Shown here: positions 8,621-12,756 of the stretch, piece by piece | How the letters are laid out: every line of letters starts with the position of its first letter | Position numbering within the stretch: the first letter of the stretch is position 1 | Assembly: GCA_033442325.1 (NCBI GenBank) | Contig: JAWQFM010000019.1 | Coordinates: 903,574-916,329, forward strand | Length of the DNA: 12,756 bases | DNA from: Salpingoeca rosetta | Taxonomy: Eukaryota > Protista > Choanoflagellata | Direction: 5' to 3' | Notes under the pieces: model-generated | What the model was told of the DNA's origin: nothing | Seen by the model: the letters and a program-made list of their open reading frames with translations, nothing else | Database searches by the model: none | Translations under genes and position numbers: made by a program

Positions 8621-9850
8621 CTACACGCCCAGCTGCATGTGGTGGTGCCGCTGTCCCATTGGGAGGAGGACGTCGACACCGTCATCGTCTTCGTCTTCCT
8701 CATCGGCCTCGTGTCCACCATCATCAACGCTGTCTGTGCACCACGGGCCGTGCACTGCCTCTACATACGGCTGCTGCTGGTGTTGCGGTGTCATCATCAT
8801 CATCGTCATCATTGTCATCATGTCCAAGGGATGTTCCGTGGCTGGCTGCATGAGTCCTGCCACCACGTCCTCCTCCAACAGCAGCAGCGCCGTGTCGTCA
8901 TTGTGACCGCGCGTGTCCTCCTGCTGCTGGTGCTGGTGCCATGGCGACCACATCTCGCGCATGCCGATCAAGGCCTGGGCCATGACCGGGTGCATGGAGG
9001 CGAAGGACGGACGGGTCCGCGGGTGGTGCCTGTGACGATGGCGGCGGCGGTTGCGATGGTGGCGGTTGCGATGGCCGTCATACTGCTGCTACTCAAGCAC
9101 GATGGAGGCACACGGGGTGACACAGCGAGAGGTGAGCATGTGTGGCAGTAGTGTGATTGATTGTGTTGGGTGGAATGGCTGGGTTGGCTTGCCGTCACCT
9201 CTCATATGTGTTTGTGTGTGTGTGTGTTTGTGTACTTGAGGCACGATGATGCTCACACGCGTATGTGCTCACATGCGTATGCTCACATGCATTTGTGTGT
9301 ATGTATGTGTGTATGTGTGTGTGTTTGTTTGCTTGCCAGAAGCAGGCGTCGTACCTGGTGCTGATTGGCGAGCGCGTGTGAGATGCGCTGTTCTTCTTCA
9401 TCTCCAAGCACGTGGAAGCTGCAACCAAACATCCACAGGCCACAGCAACACGGGTCAGCCGTGAATGCTTTGGGGCAACAGCGCATGCAACAGCACAGGA
9501 ATATGCCACGCACACGGTTCCTTCACCTCTGACCTCCACGCCTGAGCCCCACCTCTCAACAACCTCTCCCCCCCGCCTAGCGCACACAAACACGAGTACG
9601 CAGGCGGGTGTGCGTGCGTTTCTGAAGACACGATGGCAACTGTGGAAGAGGACAGGCAAATGTGAGTATGTGTGTGTGTGTGCTTGCTCTCGCTCGCTTG
9701 CCTTCCTCCCTGTTTGAGGCTTCGTGCCCTCGACTGCTGTCCATCTGTTCTCCACCCCTTCCCACCAGCACACACACCGATGTCTACTTTGCTTTGCTTG
9801 TCTTCTCTGTGTACTGTGAATCCAGACTGACGTGCACGCACCAGCAGCAA
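8621..9850 (-). CDS. Four-exon 3' portion of a low-complexity hypothetical protein (His/Arg-rich then acidic)
   Basis: Exons 9850-9778, 9639-9600, 9418-9355 and 9088-8621 have GT-AG boundaries and matching phases: ...VHREDKQSKVDI-VAIVSSETHAHPP-AFHVLGDEEEQRISHALANQHQ-QQYDGHRNRHHRNRRRHRHRHHPRTRPSFASMHPVMAQALIG...GGHEADEEDEDDDGVDVLLPMGQRHHHMQLGV*. The start exon is not established. Confidence 0.5.
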
Positions 9851-10142
9851 CTGAACCGCGAGCCCACCATCAAAGCATCAACCAGCACGCACAATGGCAA
9901 GCGGCAAGCAGCAACAACACCACCTACGCGCAGAAACGTGTCCAAAACACGGGCAACCAACCAACCACCGCAACCACCGCAACCAGCAGTGATACGGCAC
10001 CCAGTGCTCCCTCTTCCACCCGCACACATGTGCATACAAATACCCACACATACCACACAGCGTCAGCATGCACTGCCGCCATCATCACCTGGCTCCTTCC
10101 CCTCCCTCCACCTTGTCTGCATCATCCTTCCAGTTGACCCGA

Positions 10143-10880
10143 TCACATGTACAGCTCCCGCCACTGGAACTCGTCCATATCGTCGGTGTTGACGGCTGCG
10201 GTGCTGCTGTCCTGCGGTGGTGGCAGCGGTGTGACGGCGGGGGTCAACGTGTACCGCGACTGGCGACCGCTCATCACGTCCAGGGTGGCCTGCTGCGCAT
10301 CTTGGATGTTCTTGAGGATGGAGATGAAGGCTGCGGTCTGGTCGCGCAGCCCTTGGTTGAGCGTGCCCTGCGTCCCGACCATCTCGACGTACACGCGCGG
10401 ATCGCGGCAGTGGTACAGCAGCAGCACGGCCGTGTGCTCGGGGGAGACCGTGAACACGTCCATGCTGGCCAGAATGCTCGCCGTGGTGTCGTTGATCCAG
10501 ACGCCGCCTTGGACGAAGTAGCTGTCGTGGACAGCGCGGAGCTGGGCTTGGGTTGGCGCGGTGCTGTGGGCGTGCCTGCTGGCCCACAAGGCGAGGGCCA
10601 TGTACTGGTCGGCGTTGAAGCTGCAGCTGTGCTGCTGCTTGGCGATGCGCTCTGTGATGGACTTGAACGTGGCCAGGCCGCGTGCGTGCTGCTCGAACCA
10701 GGGACGGAAGTGTGTCTGGAGCAGCGCGTCGAAGTGACGCCAGCGACGGTGCTGGTCGATGTACAGCAGCCACAAGTTGATGAAATGGCGGGCGATGATG
10801 TTGCTGCTGGACCTCTCGTGCTCCGGCAGCGGCTGCAAGGACGGGCAGAACGCCATGTGGATGATGCCGGGGATCTCCAT
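10143..10880 (-). CDS. Uninterrupted 245-aa hypothetical protein (MEIPGIIHMAFC...DEFQWRELYM)
   Basis: ATG at 10880 lies directly after the (CA)n tract; TGA is at 10143-10145. By manual count only about 7 of the first ~80 codons end in A/T. The composition is complex and globular-like, and the open antisense shadow frame is typical of real high-GC3 CDS. The CCAG just before C-ATG could alternatively be a splice acceptor, making this a terminal exon. Confidence 0.85.
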   Translation of the reverse strand: MEIPGIIHMAFCPSLQPLPEHERSSSNIIARHFINLWLLYIDQHRRWRHFDALLQTHFRPWFEQHARGLATFKSITERIAKQQHSCSFNADQYMALALWASRHAHSTAPTQAQLRAVHDSYFVQGGVWINDTTASILASMDVFTVSPEHTAVLLLYHCRDPRVYVEMVGTQGTLNQGLRDQTAAFISILKNIQDAQQATLDVMSGRQSRYTLTPAVTPLPPPQDSSTAAVNTDDMDEFQWRELYM

Positions 10881-10884
10881 GCTG

Positions 10885-10906
10885 GTGTGTGTGTGTGTGT
10901 GTGTGT

Positions 10907-10971
<65 letters not shown>
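10885..10971. repeat. (TG)n microsatellite abutting the start codon at 10880
   Basis: Directly visible, with one short interruption (TCTCG). Confidence 0.95.
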
Positions 10972-10974
<3 letters not shown>

Positions 10975-11029
10975 GTGGACAATTGTGGTGGTTGTTGAGC
11001 ATGAGGGGGGGGGGGGAAGGGAGTGGGGG

Positions 11030-11095
11030 GTGAATTTTTTCAATGGCCGGTTTCGTTCATTTTCAGGCTGCTTTTGAACGCGCGGCATCGGCCGT
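11030..11095. promoter_or_regulatory. Putative (bidirectional) promoter
   Basis: Microsatellite-free patch with T-runs about 150-200 bp upstream of the 10880 ATG. It contains TTTGAA (11073-11078) abutting CGCGCGG (11079-11085) and TTTTTTCAATGG. Plus-strand splice signals begin just to its right. Confidence 0.35.
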
Positions 11096-11327
11096 TACTG
11101 TTGCGGTTGTCCTGGTTTTCTTTTATGTTGTTGTGTTCCTGCTGCGAGCGCGCTCCCTGTCGACTTGACGGTGGATGAGCAAACACTTGCCTGCAAGCAG
11201 ACACCCAGCCACTTAACACTCACGTACGTGCGTGCATGCGTGTGTGTGTGTGATCTGGCTCTTGTTTCTGTGTCTGTTGTTGTTGTTGTTGTTGTTGTCC
11301 AACAGCGCGGCGCTGACATGTGTGCGA

Positions 11328-11403
11328 GCGGCTGCCCATCAAGACAGCGACTGCCCATCAAGACAGCGACTGCCCATCAAGATAGCGGCGGCCCATCAAG
11401 ACC
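11328..11403. repeat. 19-bp minisatellite, 4 copies
   Basis: GCGGCTGCCCATCAAGACA, GCGACTGCCCATCAAGACA, GCGACTGCCCATCAAGATA and GCGGCGGCCCATCAAGACC, head-to-tail with no spacers. Confidence 0.95.
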
Positions 11404-11728
11404 AAGACCATGCAACGAGGTATATTGGTGGTGTGTCTGGTCGTGGCAGTGCGTATGGTTGTGTTGTGCACCCTGCTTTCTTGTCGTTCCATGTATCTTC
11501 ATGTTGTTTTGCATGGTGTCCTTGCCACTCCCTTGTCTCACATCTGCGCATGTGTCACCCACCCTGTTCAACCCTGCTTGTGCATGCACCGTTCTCGTTG
11601 TGTGTTGGTGTGTCTTGTTTTACTGTCGCAGGTACCGACATGCATAGCAAGAACAAGAGCCACCACCAGCAGAACAGAGCATCACTGCCACGGCAGCAGC
11701 AGCTGCTGCGTTGAGGATGGATGGCGCG

Positions 11729-12289
11729 TCATTCGAAGGAGGTGATGTGGGGCTTGCCGTAGAAAAACATGAACTGGCCCAAGTAGTGCCGCGGGGACGC
11801 TGGTGATGGCGGTGTTGGTCGTGCTATGGGGTGTGGCTCGGGCATCATGAACTCGCCCAAGTGTGGCGATGGAGGGGGCGAAGGCAGAGCGCGGGGAGGT
11901 GGCACCAGGCGTGCTGCTGCTGCTGGTGGTGGTGGTGTGGCGACAGGGGCTGTCGTGATGGCCGTGCGCTGAGCATCGTTGGGGCGGTTGACTTGAGGAG
12001 AGCGAGGAGGAGAAGGGCGTGGTGTTGGTGGAGCGTGCACGCCATCGTCAGGCTGCTGGTGGTGGTGGTGGTGGTGGCGCGGCTGGGTGTCGGTGTGGTC
12101 GCGGAGTGGTGGCGGCGGGGTGGTCTCTGGTTGCGCTGGGGGGATGGGTTGCGTTGGCGATTGATGACACGAGGGCGATGATGACGGCGACGGTGAGCGC
12201 GGATGCGATGCAGCACGCGGCGGAGAGCGCGACGAAGACGCCGGCGAAAGCGAAGGCGGTCGTGGTCGTGGTTGTGGTTGTGGTTGTGG
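11729..12289 (-). CDS. Putative terminal exon of a Pro/Ser-rich disordered protein entering from beyond the window's right end
   Basis: A 561-nt open frame follows GATCGCAG|: PQPQPQPRPRPPSLSPASSSRSPPRAASHPRSPSP...HHHHHHQQPDDGVHAPPTPRPSPPRSP...HLGEFMMPEPHP...HYLGQFMFFYGKPHITSFE*. A phase-0 upstream exon ending at 12621 (|GTGCGA) has similar composition (...KQPLPKPGRKPSRPSAAHTPGRGQSGMPQSPA). The acceptor is weak, and an alternative Arg/His-rich frame (11845-12336) is also open. Confidence 0.45.
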   Translation of the reverse strand, partial: PQPQPQPRPRPPSLSPASSSRSPPRAASHPRSPSPSSSPSCHQSPTQPIPPAQPETTPPPPLRDHTDTQPRHHHHHHQQPDDGVHAPPTPRPSPPRSPQVNRPNDAQRTAITTAPVATPPPPAAAARLVPPPRALPSPPPSPHLGEFMMPEPHPIARPTPPSPASPRHYLGQFMFFYGKPHITSFE

Positions 12290-12517
12290 CTGCGATCCTC
12301 AGCACCAGCGCGCGTGTTCTGCACATTCGGCGTCACAGGTACGCATGGCGTGGAGGGAAGGTTGAGGGGCGAGAGGGATGAACAAACGCGTTCGTGTGAG
12401 AGTGAGTGTGATGTGTGTGTTTTGGGAGATGTGGACTGTGGTGATGTCTTTGTCTTTGGTGTTCACAGGGCCCTGCGCACATGGCTGCGCACGCCTTGTC
12501 TTGCACCTACGAACGCA

Positions 12518-12608
12518 ACCACACACACACACACACACGCACACGCACACACACACACACACACTTGCAGTCACGCACACACACACAAAAACACACACTC
12601 ACACACAC
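12518..12608. repeat. Interrupted (CA)n microsatellite
   Basis: Directly visible; intronic under either strand's model. Confidence 0.9.
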
Positions 12609-12756
12609 TCTCTCTCGCACTGCAGGTGACTGTGGCATCCCTGACTGACCGCGGCCTGGTGTGTGCGCTGCACTTGGTCGTGACGGCTTGCGTCCTGGTT
12701 TCGGAAGAGGCTGCTTCGTGTGCGATGAAATGATGCTGTTTGCTGACCAGAGCAGA

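Larger units (their letters stand above)
11100..12756 (+). ncRNA. Possible spliced non-coding (or decayed) plus-strand transcript
   Basis: Three well-formed plus-strand introns: 11224-11305 (GTACGT...TTGTCCAACAG), 11420-11631 (GTATAT...TTTTACTGTCGCAG) and 12339-12625 (GTACGC...CTCTCTCGCACTGCAG). The spliced product has no long ATG-initiated ORF. Transcript ends are unknown. Confidence 0.3.

Noticed and set aside
8600-9151. Plus-strand 183-aa membrane-protein-like ORF
   Set aside because: Its hydrophobic runs are the antisense reading of the acidic and Gln-rich minus-strand exon, which has splice support.
11033-11066. Mimivirus-type AAAATTGA early promoter upstream of the orphan ORF
   Set aside because: There are only imperfect matches on the minus strand (AAAATGA, AAAATTCA), which is insufficient evidence.
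10063-11088. The longest ORFs in the track (341 aa minus, 321 aa plus, 242 aa minus) as genes
   Set aside because: They are alternative-frame or antisense shadows of the high-GC3 10880->10143 CDS, extended through the microsatellite.
11328-11403. CRISPR array
   Set aside because: The repeats are head-to-tail with no unique spacers, the context is eukaryotic and there are no cas genes.

Overview
Eukaryotic genomic DNA, moderately GC-rich, with short GT-AG introns full of (CA)n/(TG)n microsatellites. This style resembles the choanoflagellate Salpingoeca rosetta, which is an inference from style only. Most ORFs in the supplied track are artefacts of microsatellites or antisense shadows. Manual splicing gives six coding-like units. 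(1) A minus-strand multi-exon gene whose five phase-consistent core exons (1384->434) encode about 103 residues of an acidic C-x3-C Cys/Asp repeat; this is the most striking element. (2) A minus-strand spliced pseudogene (~4478->2794) with frameshifts, an in-frame stop and a 25-bp duplication. (3) A plus-strand gene starting with a signal-peptide-like exon at 5292, whose possible later exons look decayed. (4) A minus-strand four-exon low-complexity gene fragment (9850->8621). (5) A clean, uninterrupted 245-codon orphan ORF with very high GC3 (10880->10143). (6) A Pro/Ser-rich minus-strand terminal exon (12289->11729) overlapped by a possible spliced antisense non-coding transcript. I recognised no known gene family, RNA gene, transposase, CRISPR array or prokaryotic operon.
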